A stretch of 64,000 nt of DNA from Callorhinchus milii. Its lineage: Eukaryota. Below the pieces are notes generated by a model. It was not told where the DNA came from. It worked only from the letters and a program-made list of their open reading frames with translations, and ran no database searches. Location: contig NW_024704743.1 in assembly GCF_018977255.1 (NCBI RefSeq), positions 63,490,001-63,554,000 of the forward strand. The letters run 5' to 3'. Made by a program: the position numbers and the translations under genes. Positions within the stretch are counted from its first letter, which is position 1, and each line of letters opens with the position of its first letter. This document shows positions 37,861 to 51,022 of this stretch, piece after piece.

Positions 37861-38258
37861 CCTAGAGAGACCCCTCCCTGACAGAGACCTAGCATTTTGG
37901 ATCTCCAGACTCAACAGGGAATTGTTTAGTTGACATTAAGCACTCAGTAAGTAGCTGTGGAAAGTGAGCCAGATCAGCGTCACTGTCTGGTTACTGACCA
38001 AGACCCGCTCCAGCAGGCAGCTCTGAAGCAGTATAGCAGCACTAAGCAGGGCAGGAGAATAAACATACCATAAACATTTCCTATTATGGAATTATTTTAA
38101 ATATACTTTTCTATTTCTCTGGCTTTCCTCAATCCGCAGGGTACTTTACGCTAAGGAGAACTCCATCACTTATCTATAAAGGTAAATCATGGCTGAATTT
38201 GTCCTCCAGGAAGCCCTGTGAAGTGAAAGACTGGGACAGACAGAGTGACGTAACTGAC

Positions 38259-38326
38259 CTCACAGCATCTGCATGCACACTGGAACATTTACTGTGGTTG
38301 GCCAGTTCTGGATCCTCTTTCACAAC
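38259..38326 (-). CDS. Internal coding exon (VVKEDPELANHSKCSSVHADAV)
   Basis: Strong pyrimidine tract ttcttcttccttaacag, donor AG|gtcagt; 68 nt, phase 0 to 2, bridges the 42621 and 28567 exons in frame. Confidence 0.75.
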
Positions 38327-39238
38327 CTGTTAAGGAAGAAGAACAGAATACAGAAACACTGAGAACCAGTTAACAGCTTGATTCTGGCTGGGATCCTGCA
38401 TCCACCTGACATTTGGGCATTGGGTCAGTAGGGGAGCAGGACAGTTACAATAGTCTGAAAGTGTAAGTGCAGAATGCAACCAGCAAACAGGAAAGTAGAT
38501 CTACTTGGATCACACTTTTTTTTTTGGTGAGACACGTGCCTAACACACGCAGCAACCCATCACTATGCTTGAATATCCAAACCAGGCAGAGTTCCGTGTA
38601 TGTCACCTACACACCGAAATTTCCATATCTGGAAAGGAATGCGCCCTCTTTACTCCAGAGGAACGATCCCTATTTATCCAGTTCTGGAGAGTGTTGGGCA
38701 CAGATTAGCAAGAGTCAAGGCTTGGAGTGCTCAGTGTATGCATTGGGATGCTGTTAGGAGTTTAACCAGCTAATAACACATGGCTCGCTATTGGAAGTGC
38801 TGTCTGGGAAGTTTCTTGTCCAGCTAGGACCACCCGATCCATTTGGTCTCTGGCTTAACAGGAGCTGAGCGAGAAGGTTCCCTGTCCCTAGTGCTCCTTC
38901 AAGTTCTGTCGATGAGCCAAGCTGGCTGGTCTGTCAACACCAGTTACGTGGAGTACTATGTACCTGCCTGGCTCAGGAACTGGACTACCGAGACCGCCAG
39001 TGGTTGGCTTGATTCTGACATGTCACTTTGGAGCCAGTTCAGCTCCAAGGAGATCCTGCTTACCTCTCTCCAAGGAGGATAGACACTAGTTGATCAAAGG
39101 ACAGTATCATAGACAATGCAGGGTTCCCCAGCTTTACACTGAGGTGTAATTCCAGACTATGAGTAGAATTCATCCAACCCATAATTTTTAACCCAAAAGC
39201 AAGAGCGTTACCAACTGAACCAGACTGGCACCTATGGT

Positions 39239-39470
39239 AGAAGTCGCTGGGAACATTCAGCAGGTCAGGCAGCATCTATGAAGAAAGGAAAGTGAGTCAA
39301 CGTTTCAGGTCCACGACCCTTCATTAGAACTTTGTCAAGGTTCTGATGAAGGTCTCGTGGATCCAAAACGTTGACTCACTTTCTTTTCTCCATTGATTCT
39401 GCTTGACCTGCTGAGCGTTCCCAGCGACTTCTGTTTTTGTTTCAGATTTCCAAAATCTGCAGTATTTTGC
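39239..39470. mobile_element. Palindromic Penelope-like (inverted pseudo-LTR) element with degenerate hammerhead cores
   Basis: Inverted arms of about 92 bp (39239-39330 and 39340-39432) plus tail tttgtttcagatttcca..tctgcagtattttgc; family assignment is from recall. Confidence 0.7.
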
Positions 39471-42409
39471 ATTTTTTTTTGGCATTTTTTGATAAATGCT
39501 CTACATCTTTAATAGTCCAACATTCATTCCAGCTTAGTTCATCTGCTATTCCCCCACCAAAATGTGTACGGGAGTGTGTCATCTAATTTGATATCTACTA
39601 ATTGCAGCTGTTGAGTATGCTTTGGGTGCCAGACGCCTTTGAAATAGCAGTGGACGCACAAAACAAAGAATCCTAGTTTGCAAATCTGATGTAAAAGAGG
39701 AGACAAGTATCTAGAGTTTCCTGAGGTCACATATAGTCCTCTGATTATTTAAATAAAGAACTCCCATATTTCTTTATATATAGCTCTTCACAAATGAGTG
39801 TAATACTGCAAAAAGCAGACCGAACACTCAGGTGTGGGTGGGGTTTTGGGAGGGATAGAATGCGTGAGAGAGAATGAGTTAGTTATTGCGTGAGCAAGTG
39901 TTGGGAGGATGGAAAAGTCATTTATAGTGAAATTCCAAGATTATGAACAATGTACATTATCAGCAAGTTATCATGAAATAGGTCTTGTTAAAAAAATGTG
40001 AATAGTTGTTGGATGCCTATTTCTTTGGAAAATTATATCTTTTCATCAGATGAAATTCCATGAAACCGCATGGGAATTCTAGATATTTGCAGCAGATTTA
40101 CACAATAGGGTTGAAGCACATGTAAAAATTATGATCATCATGATAACATTGCAGGTTTGAGGAGTAATATTCTCCTGTCATTTACCTGAAAGTATAGTGT
40201 GCATAATAAATAATAAAAGGTGAATTCCAGGCTGTAGTCAGCCAACAAGCTACAAAACCTCCCATTATCAACCCCCCGGGGAAGCCCAAGTCACCTGTCA
40301 CCTGAACAGAACTGGCACAGGTCTGAGAGTAATCAGGAAAACTATGTGGTTTTGGGAGACTGTGGTGGGGGGTAGGGAGAGAAAGCAAAGGAAATTAAAA
40401 TAACACAACAAATACATCAATAATAAAAAACAACAGCATTTTACCATGACATACTAGTTCAGCTTAACTGACCACATTTTTTAAAGCATCCCATGTGTTT
40501 ACAGGTAAGCAAACCTGCTTGAAGTATGAACACATTTCTCAGACTGTTATGCAGTTTCTGCTAATGTTTTCACAACAAGTCAGCAATGTCACCTTAGCAC
40601 TGAGCAGATAGATCATATTTCCAATAGCTTGAGTGTGGAATGTTGTCAAACAAGTTAAAGTAAAGGCAGAATAAAGTGACACTGCAAGCAAGTTCCTGTG
40701 CAGTACCTCAGACCCATGCCCATATACCACACTGCAGCAGAATGAGTATAACCACCAGAGCCTGATTTCTCTCTGCTGTTTAGAGAACCAACGAGTTCAC
40801 AATTCTGCTGATCGATAAAGTTACCAACATCCGTGGTGTTAGTTTATAGCAGCATTTCTCCACTCTAAGTACAAACTTTGATCAACTAGTGATTATTCAC
40901 CTTGAGGGAAAGGTAATCAAGAGCTGGCTCCAAGATGACAAACTTGGCAAAGGAATGTCAGAATTGAACTGATCCTCTGTAACAGTCTCGCTAGGCTGGT
41001 TCCTGAGCCAGGTGGGTCCGCAGTACTCCAGAGCACTGCTGATGACAGCCTTGGCTGGACTTGGGAGGGGGAATTGTTTCCATTTAGCTCCCATTAACCC
41101 TGCAAGCTAAAGTCCTAACTGGAAGTTTCTATGTGTAGGTAACATACTTATGTGGAACAGTGTCTGAATTTGGATACTGTTTAGCATAGGTTTCCACAGA
41201 CACCCGGTTGACTAAAAAAAAAGTTTAGCTTTGGATCCGGTACCTGTACCTCCCTCTCCTCATTCAATGAGGTTATATCAAATATTTATTATTTGATTGT
41301 AGGTCTGGATCTTTGTTGTGGAAGCATCAGCTCTTTAATGTTTCTAAAATGAATCATATTCATTATAAAAACAAATGCAGAATTCAAGCTTTGATTAATT
41401 TTTTCTCCCGCATCACCCACCTCTCTCCTCGCATCCAACCCTGCCACTATATTCCCACTATGCTACCACCAGCCCAGATTTGGCAAAAGGAACTTGCTGT
41501 GGGAGTTTGCTGTTCAGCAAACTCACTGTGGGAGTTTGCTGTTCAACCAGTTCACAGTCACTATCTTTGCAGACATCTATGGTCACATTGAAGAAACATG
41601 GTGTTTTTCTTAGCCTTAAGTTCGTACAACACCTGCCAAGCAACAAGGGACAGCCTGGCTAAGGCTGACCATGAGTGAAGGAGTGCCACGTTGCAGTACC
41701 CCTCAATCTCACAAATGCTGTGGACATGATGGTATAAATGGACGGTTGGAACCTGGTATTAAAAATGTTGCTTCAAAGTATTAATTTAAAACACAAGAGG
41801 GCAAGGAATTTCTGTTACGGCTCATGTAGCGACTTTGCCAATGACAACAGCAATTTCACTCCAGAATGTTATTGTATAAATAGTGTGGATACCACTGGCA
41901 TGATCCCTGATTGTATCGTTTGGTAAGGTAGATAATCTGAAACTCTCTAAATTGAGTAGAATTACTCCTCCAGTCAACACAGAAAAGAAAGGTTTGATGT
42001 AAAAAGATTTGATCTTAGCCAGGTCACCAACTGTTCCTGGCATGAGGGTGAGAAAAGAAAAGTAAGCCAGGGTTCTCACTCCTGATAACTATCTAGTGAT
42101 TCCTGCTGAAAAACACATATATGGAGGACAGAATCAGGTTCGGTTGCGATGCACTGACAGGCAAACAGTTTGACAACACTCAGTGTCCAGATACATAAGC
42201 CAGTTGAGCAGGATGAGTTGGTGAGGATCTAGCAAGATGGTTTGTTTAAAGAGCAAAGAAAAGCAGCAGGAAGAAATTTGGCAAAAATAAAATAAAGAGA
42301 ATCAGCATTTTAAAAAATGATTATAATAATAAATAATAATAAAAACATAATAATAAAACAATAATAAATAATAATAAATAATGATCATAATAAAAAACAT
42401 CAAAAAAAG

Positions 42410-42590
42410 AATAAGTTGGTCACTCAACTCACAACTGTTTGTGGGACATTGCTGTGCGCAATTGGCTGCCACATTTCACCCACAAAATACCCAGTCACTG
42501 TACTTTACAATATATTATGTGAAGCTTTGGGACACCTCAATGACGTGATAAGGCTCTATATCAAATGCAAGGTTTCTTATTAATATTATT
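42410..42590 (+). mobile_element. Deu-SINE 3' half, 30 bp from an exon donor
   Basis: ggtcactcaa..gtttgtgggacattgctgtgcgcaattggctgcc..tail. Confidence 0.85.
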
Positions 42591-42620
42591 ATCATTCCAA
42601 ACAGGCATGTGATGATTTAC

Positions 42621-42746
42621 CTCTGCTCCCACTTTCAGTGCAGCATCCATTTGAGCCTTAAGGATATTGCTCTTCATTTGATCAGGAAGTGATAGAGGTG
42701 AAGTTGGAGGATGGAGGCCCTTTTCCGATAGCTTCTTCTCGTCACC
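42621..42746 (-). CDS. Internal coding exon (GDEKKLSEKGLHPPTSPLSLPDQMKSNILKAQMDAALKVGAE)
   Basis: Acceptor ctgtttgtgcag, donor GAG|gtaaat; 126 nt, phase 0-0, protein-like composition. Confidence 0.85.
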
Positions 42747-45700
42747 CTGCACAAACAGCGTGCAAATAATTAATGTCAATATTCGACGAAAGAATACAAA
42801 ATTTACATATTAGCAATTTATATGTGGAATTCTGATTCACTTTCTTTTTAATACCAGTAAGTGGTGAAATCTCAACAAATCCAAACTAGCCATGAAATTA
42901 CATGTGAGAATTGCTACTCTTAGGTACTCAACAACAATAACAACTTGCATTTGTATAGCACCCTTCATGCGGGGGTAATGTCTCGGAGTGCTTAACAGTA
43001 ACCAAACTTGACACTGAACCAGGGAGAGGTGAGTGGGGGAAGGTGACTGTAGGCATGTACTTTTTGTTGTATGTTGTATTCGCATCTGCTCTGACAAACC
43101 CTCAAGTATTTGCTGGTTCAGATATAGCTATACAAGCACAGACACTATTCTGCTATTTAACATATGGCAAAAATAACAGCTGTCTCGACTTCTTCAGTGT
43201 TCTACTGCTCCCTTGCACATCTTTTGCTGCTCCTCAGCCCACTCTACTATTAAGGAACCAGACTCAACTCAGATCTCAACCCACAATTCAATTACACCAC
43301 AATAACCTCCCACTGGTTTTCATCTCCGAGGAATGTTTCACAAGCTTTCATGGTGGTTGAGAGTGGGATTATTATTACCCTTTCCAAAAATGTAGTATAG
43401 ATGCAATCATTGTAACATTTTTCACCCATAGGATCTTCTAGATTTAGGGTAAAATTAAAAATAAAATCATACATTAGTTTATTCTGTTGTTGAATCTCAG
43501 TAATAATTTGTATCAATCCCCACCATTCAACCTATCAACCTTGTGGAATATTATATTCTGAATTAAAGACAAGAGAAGTCAACATCTGGCTGTGAATTTA
43601 AGGTATTGAATGATTGATTGTCAAGAGATACTGCAGTAATGTAGCAATTCTATATGGTATGGTGCTAAGCTACAGCCATAAGGTACAAGATCAAGCTTGT
43701 GATCGTTATTTCATCTGAATCATTAAGGGAACTCCCATGGCTCAAAAGGAAGGGATGGATGTCTGAGCTGTAGGCAGGAACATGATAGTTCTCATGCTTC
43801 TCACGCTGAGTTGTGTTACCCACTGGGAAGTTCCAGGTACTTGTTATCCACCTAGTGAACGCTCAAATCCACGCTTGTCAGCTATTAAATAGCGCTGGGT
43901 TTCCACATGCATCAGACACACAACTGACAAAAAAAACTTAATTCAGAGATTTCGTAATCCTTCCGATACCCTCACGTATTTAACTCTTGGCTTTGAGGCA
44001 CAATTGACAAGAGCCTGGAAACAGGGCACCCGTTTGTCCTTTCAGATAGCAATCAAGGGAGGCTCCAGGAGCGAGGGGACGCGAGGCGTGGGCAGAGAAG
44101 GGGGAAGAGGCTAGAGATAAGATTTAAATCAGAAACTGAAAAAAAGTACTCACATTTCTCATCTAATTCAAGCCCCACAAAGGAATTTGAACTCCACATT
44201 CAGGAAGACAATCCAGTATAATAGTAAAATAATCCTTGAATTTGTTATAACACTTTATCAAATAATTGAGACATTCAAAGTGATTCACAGAATTTCTATT
44301 ATCATTGTGTATTTGAAGGCAAATGCGGCAGCCAATTTGAGCACAGCAATGTCTCACAAACAGCCGTCTAGAGTATGACTAATTTTATCTGAGGAATTGT
44401 TGGACACAGAGAAATTCCCGTCTCTTTGAGAGGCTTCTACGTTGCCCTCAAGTGAGCTTTAAAGATTTCAGGAAACTAATTCAAAAGCAAGTTTCTCCTG
44501 ATGGCTGGCCAACAGTTCTCCAGTTTGAAAACTCTTTCACCTTACAATTGCTTGAAAGATTTTGTATGGTGCAGAATAACTGCTACATTTGCATGCCAAA
44601 CATTCATTACAATAACAATTTACACTTTATATAGCACCTTTAATAATGTAGCACAATCTCTCAAAATGCTTCAGTTATTTCTTTAACCCCTCTGAATCAC
44701 TTCAATGTGATAAGACAATATAAAAATGCAAGTTCTTTTTTATTTCAATATTTGCAATGGAAGATTCCTTTAGTCTTTTTTTAAAAACATAAAAATGTGC
44801 ACAATTTGTGATTAATGATACAAGATGGACAGGAGGACAAACATCAGCTTTATCACTGCCAAACAACAACAACAAAATTACATTTGTAAAGTGACGCTCA
44901 CGTCGGGAGGACATTTCAAGGCGCTGAACAATTCAACAATATAAACAATTCATCTGGGGAGCTGACAGGAGATGAGGCAGGAAATACGATGAGTAATTAC
45001 TTGCTGATGTTATACTGGACACTTATCAAAACATACATGAGGCTGGAAAATAAATCAATGTTAATTATTTACTGAGGTTCCCTTGTTATTGCTTCAGAAC
45101 CTCACTTGAACCAGGTCATACACCTGCTTTGAGTGAGGTACGCAGAACTCTGAAAGTGTCTTTTGGTTAATACCGGTGCAGTGTCAGAGGAGGACAAAGA
45201 TTAGTAAAAGTCAATTCAACTGCGTGATTATGTTTAATAATATGCTATCAAGGGCAGCCATGCACTTGGGGATCCAGAGTTCCCACCACAGCCACGGCTG
45301 ATGTTCACATACATGTTGTTTCTCTGTTTGGAGTTTCCTCATCAAGGTGAAGTCACCAAATGCAAAAGAGCAATGCTGGACCAAAAGAGAATACTGGATG
45401 GTTTCAGCGCCTTGGGTCATCCTCCCGACGTGAAAGGCGCAATACAAATGTAATTTTGTTGTTGTTGTTGTCCTGCCATCCCTCACAATAACAGGAGCGA
45501 GGATTACTCTATCTGCAGCAAGTCAGACTATCCGATTCTCAAAGGTGGAAAGGATAATATAAGGGAAACAGACAGGAAAGGATAATATAAGCAGTAAGAA
45601 AGAAAATCACTGCTTTAAAATGTTCCTTTGCTGCATATTTTATCATCCAGTTAACAGTAAACATGTGGGCCTGATGCACAATTGTAACAGCACGTCTGCA

Positions 45701-46155
45701 TGATGACTCAGGAACCGTTCCAGTTAATGCACTCCCACTCTTATCTATCCATGGTCACCATAAAAGTAATCACCAACCTGAAAGTCACAGAAAAAGCTTA
45801 ACGTATTGGAACTCACAAAACAGAATTTAATATTTTCTTTTCAACAGAAATAACTTGCACTTATGTAATTACTTTCATATAAAATGAAGTACTCAAACTG
45901 CCTAACAATTATTATGGGGCAGGGTGAAATAAGAATTAAATGGTTGACTAAAAACATGGTCAAAAAGATGTTTTTTGAGGAGGGTTTTGAAAACGGAGAT
46001 AGGAAGTGGGGCATTTACCCTCACAGGCACTACCCTTTACAGTAAATCTTGTGAAGTGCGTTGAGACATCTTCCTGACGTGAAAGGCACTCCAGCATATC
46101 AAATGTAAGGATTACTTTATTTATAAAATGATTTTGGAAGAGGGTTCTTGAGTGT

Positions 46156-46474
46156 TGGAGTCCTGTAGTTCACTGGTTAGAGCACTCGCCTCGCAAGCAA
46201 GAGACCTGGGTTCAATTCCTGGCAAGGCAAAAGCTTGGGCAAGTTTCCTTACTCCACATGCCTGATAATAATCCCTCAAAAAAAAGAAATAATAAATTAG
46301 TCACTCAATCCACGAATGTTTGGGGGACACTGCTGTGCACAATTGGCTGCCGCAGTTCGTCCACAAATATACAGTCAATTCACTTTACAGGATATTCTGT
46401 GAAGAGCTTTGAGACGTCTAAAAGATGCGAAAAGCGCTATATCAAATGCAAGGATTATTATTATTATTATTATA
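46156..46474 (+). mobile_element. Full-length tRNA-Deu SINE, short form
   Basis: Complete head, Deu core and (att)n tail. Confidence 0.92.
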
Positions 46475-47951
46475 TTGGCGAAGGAAGTGAAGAACAGGTA
46501 ACAGTCCAGAAATCAAACAGTGGAGGACTAAGATTGTGACTAGATGTGTAGGATAAGGATCTTACATGGAATCTGCTGGGGTCCAAATAGCCAATAGTCT
46601 GGCAAAGATTTGAGGCCAAATATACAGAACCTGTTTCAGGAAAGGTACACGCACAATCTGGGGACCCCAAGCCTTGACTTTTTCTAAGCTACGCTAATAC
46701 TCTTTGAAATTAGGTAAGTAGGGTGCATCCCTCCAGGGAGAAAGTATGCATTCCATTTCAGGAAATTTCCAGGTATAGGTAATATACATATGTATATTTG
46801 GATACTATTAAGCACGGTGATGGGTTTCTGCGTGCCTCAGGCACCTGGCTAACCAAAAGAAAACACCCGTTACCATGGGGTTAAAATTTGTGATATTCCT
46901 TAAATTATTTAGACCCAACGTCGCTGGATCAATCACTGAAAGTTAATTTAGGGTTTAAAATGTATTAAATATAAATTGCTCTCAACTCAGGGTTGTAAAC
47001 TAACATCCTAAGACCCTGAGAGGTATAAGCCACTTAACTGAAGAGGAGCACTACTTGCCAGTGTTCCTTAAAGTGTTCATTAAATAAATCAAGGAATATC
47101 ACAACTTTCAGGTTTTGGCATTTACTTCTGAAAACATGCTATATGTATTACTAGTTTTGAATGTTGACCTAAGTTTAATACATCCTGCCTTATATTTGGG
47201 CGTCTTGAATGTCTGACTTTACTTTAGATAGTTGACTTTCAAGAGCAAAAGTGTATCTCATGCCATAAATTTCATCCTCCATTACTGCATCGTTTTTAAA
47301 TTGAGTCTGTGCCTCTCCCATTTAGTATCCTTTGATAGTTGTACTCCTATTTATTTTTCCTTCGGCAAAATGTCTTTTTCAACCTCTATTTTAATTATGT
47401 CTTTATTTGCAACTGTATTTTGCATTACATGATTAGATTATGTAATGTTTCTCATAGCTTTCAGTAATGTCTTGCTTTTACTCTTCAATTTCTCTCTGAA
47501 GATGACCTTCAGTTTCTTAATTTTCTCTTTGGTCTGCTTCACCTGCCTCTTTTTCTGGTATTTAGAAAGCTAACCAACATTGTAGAGACAGGTCAAGATA
47601 TAGGTAATTATGTGACAGTGGAAATAATGCCTGAATACATAGGAGGCTAAACTGCAGCTAAAATACGACATTGATGATGAGGAAATAGAATTCAATTGAT
47701 TATGATAAATAGTGGAAGAGCAAAAAAAGAGAAAATTCATGAGATTCACCTTCTGACATTTTGTACAGACTTTTCTTGGGATCAATGTAGAATAGTGAGA
47801 TTTAGATGTAGGGAGTTTGTGCTAAGTCTAACGTCTCACTGGACAAGAAAATCACTTTATTCCCAGGAGATTCAGTGAGTCACCAGCCAACCTTTGATCA
47901 GCACTTTAACATACTGTTGTGTATCTACTGAAATCAGGCTTCAATCACTTT

Positions 47952-49105
47952 TCATAGATTCATAGAATATTACGGCACAGAAGGAGGCCATTCGGCCCAT
48001 CAAGCCTGTGCCGGCTCTTTGACAGAGCAAGTCACTTTCACTAACCCCAATCACCAGCTTTCTCCCCATAACCCTGCAAACCGGTCTTCCCCAGATACCT
48101 ATCCAGTTCTCTCTTAAAAGCTGTTATCGAATCGGACTTCACTGCCCTTTCAGGCAGATCATTCCAAATTCGAACAACTCGCTGAGTGAAAAAAATTCTT
48201 CTAACCTCCTCTCTGCTTCTTTTGGTAGATATCTTAAGACTGTGACCACGGGTCACAGACACACCTACCAGCGGAAACAGCTTTTTCTTATCTAGCCTGT
48301 CGAAACCTTTCATGATCTTGAAGACCTCTATCAGGTCCCCGCGTAACCTTCTCTGCTCTAATGGGAAAAGTCCTAACTTCTCCAGCCTGTCCTCATAGCT
48401 AAGGTTCCCCATTCCTGGTATCATTCTCGTGAATCTCCTCTGCACCCTTTCCAGTGCCTTAATGTCCTTCCTGAAGTAAGGTGCCCAGAACTGGACGCAG
48501 TACTCCAGCTGAGGCCTAACCAGTGTTTTGTATAGATTAACCATAACCTCCCTACTCTTATACTCTATGCCCCTACTAATAAAGCTCAGTACACCAAATG
48601 CCTTTTTGACTGCCTTATCTACCTGCCCCGCTACCTTTAATGATTTGCTTACTTGAACACCCAGATCTCTCTGTACGTTCACCCCCCTTAAGATTGAGCT
48701 ACCAAGTCTATATTGCCTCCTATCATTTTTCCTACCTAAGTGTATCACCTCACACTTATCCACATTGAAATCCATCTGTCACATGTCAGCTCATTCCACC
48801 ATTCTGTGAATGTCTGCTTGCAGTTGATTACAGTCCTCCTCACTTTTTACTACCCTACCTAACTTTGTATCATTGCAAACTTGGAAATAGTGCTCTCTAT
48901 GCCCAAGTCCAGATCATTAATATATATTAGAAAGAGCAGTGGTCCCAATACCCATCCCTGGGGGACACCGCTGCGCACTTCCTTCCATTTCGAGAAACAC
49001 CCATTAACCACCACCCTCTGCTTTCTGTCACTCAGCCAGTTCTTAATCCAAACTGCCACTGTCCCCTTAATACCGTGAACCTCTAATTCTTTTATTAATC
49101 TCTTA
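47952..49105 (-). mobile_element. 5'-truncated, relatively young CR1 LINE (RT plus C-terminus and 3' UTR)
   Basis: ORFs 48859..49152 ([24 protein letters not shown]) and 48041..48775 (RPQLEYCVQFWAP..LERVQRRFTRMIP); tail attctatgaatctatga. Confidence 0.95.
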
Positions 49106-49289
49106 TGGATGGATAACTTCTTGTGGATGGGCTTAAGTTTACTGTTTCCCACTCAGAAGATGTAGGTTTCAACTATTCCAGTTGCTCTTCTCTGAACCCT
49201 CTTCAATGAATGAACTTAGTTCTGTAGATAGGTTGGACAACCAAACTGCACTAAATATTCCAAATATGGCCTTACAAATGGGTTATACA

Positions 49290-50150
49290 AGTTAGAACCA
49301 TTGAAACTAACAGCATAGAAGGAGGTCATTTGGCCCACTGTGCCTGTGCTGGTTCTTTGTAAGAGCAATTCTTTCAGTAGTGCCATTTATGTGCCCTTTT
49401 CCCTATACCCCTGCAGTTTACTTCTTTTTAGGTACTTATATTTTGAAAGTTGATATGGATTTTGCCTCAACCACTGGTCCAAGTTGGGCGTTCCATACCC
49501 CAACTACTCATAAAATAATTTCTCCAAACCTACTATCCTAAATGTATGTCTTCTAGTCACTGACGCACCAACCCGTGGAAATAATTTCTTCCTCATGACT
49601 ATCGAAACACATCATAATTTTAAAGACCTCTATCAGATCACCCCTCAACCTTCTTTGTTCCAATAAAGTCCTAGCTCCTCCAGTCTCTGCTCATAGGCCA
49701 AACCATTCCTCCCCATTAACATCCCAAGAAAATATCCTCCGCATCCCTCTTGTATTGCCTTGATGCCTTTCCTAAATAAGGGTAACCAAAACTGGACACA
49801 ATATTCCAACTGAGATCTCACTAATAATTTATATAAGTTTAGCATTATATCTTTGGCTGTATATTCTATACGACTATTTATAAAACTTAGAATTCTATTT
49901 GCTTTTCTAACAGCTTTTTTAACAGTCCACCTGCCTTCTCACATTTAAGGATTTATGTATGTTAACCTCTCAGTCCCTCTGCTCTTCCACTCCTTATAAA
50001 GTTTGTCAGCTAACAGATACATGTTTTCCTTATTCTTCCTCCCAAAATGTACAACTTCAGATTTGTGTGCATTAAATTTAATTTGCCATTTCTCTGACCA
50101 ATCATCTAATCTATGACTCCCTGAAGTTGCTTACAATTGTCACACTATGA
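49290..50150 (-). mobile_element. Older CR1 LINE 3' fragment
   Basis: LYKLLVRSQLEYCVQFW; CR1-type 3' UTR. Confidence 0.85.
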
Positions 50151-50199
50151 GGTACACTCCCTATTTTTATCTAACCTATTTAAATTTATTTAAATCAAA

Positions 50200-50395
50200 C
50201 ATGCAATGCCTGAAAGAGTGGTGGAAGCAGATTCAATAATAACTTTCAAAAGGGAATTGGATAGTTACTTAAAAAGAAAAAAAATTGCAAGGCTATGGGG
50301 AAAGGAGTGGGACTAATTAGATAGCTCTTTCAAAGTGCCGACACAGGCACAATGGTCCGAATGGCTTCCTTCTTGCTGTAGGATTCTATGATTCT
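50200..50395 (+). mobile_element. CR1 3' end fragment
   Basis: gcctgaaagagtggtggaagcagattc..ctttcaaaagggaattggatag..gattctatgattct. Confidence 0.85.
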
Positions 50396-50900
50396 TTCTG
50401 GAGATACATCCCAATACCTTGATAAGCCACGAGGTTCATATGAATGGGCACTTCCCACATAATGATTGATAATCACCCAAATCGGTTGATAATAACCCAA
50501 ATCATTCCCAACCTTTGCTAACAGACATTTAACCCTCTACATTTCATATTTCTTGTACCATTATGCATTAACTTAACATTTATTCATTTTACAATTCTTC
50601 TGACATTTCTTAGCAGTCCACTTAATGCTAAATGCAATGTGTCGCCCTTTCACAATCTGTGATTTTCAGTGCAAGAATCTCCACAATAGCAGATTTTGGA
50701 TGAAACATAATGACTTTTTTTCCCCTAAAAAGTAAAAAAAAACAAGTTTCTTCTGGTTAAGATAAGACAACACAAAGCACTACTATGAAAATATAGACCA
50801 GACCAGATGAATTGCAATAAACTGTCAGGTCATGAAAGCCACCAGAATATATCGACTATAAATCAATAACAGCTGCTGCAGTCACACTGTAGTATGTTAC

Positions 50901-51022
50901 CTTGTTATTCATATTGATGTGCAGTGAGGGCCACTGTCCAACCATCTTGTTGGATTCAATTTCCACCTGCTTAAAACACATTCCAATCTCTTCATAGTGT
51001 GGCACAGCAACCAAGCTCAATT
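50901..51022 (-). CDS. Internal coding exon of unnamed minus-strand gene (LSLVAVPHYEEIGMCFKQVEIESNKMVGQWPSLHINMNNK)
   Basis: Acceptor ttgtttttctttag, donor AAG|gtaaca; 122 nt, phase 1 to 0, open frame; phase matches the 42746 exon. Confidence 0.7.

Noticed and set aside
47440..47570. Lys-rich minus-strand frame LSKYQKKRQVKQTKEKIKKLK
   Set aside because: Short, compositionally biased, ends in a stop and has no recognisable family; possibly decayed LINE sequence
48041..48775. Longest ORF (244 aa) as a host gene
   Set aside because: CR1 ORF2 C-terminus, 5'-truncated and frameshifted upstream
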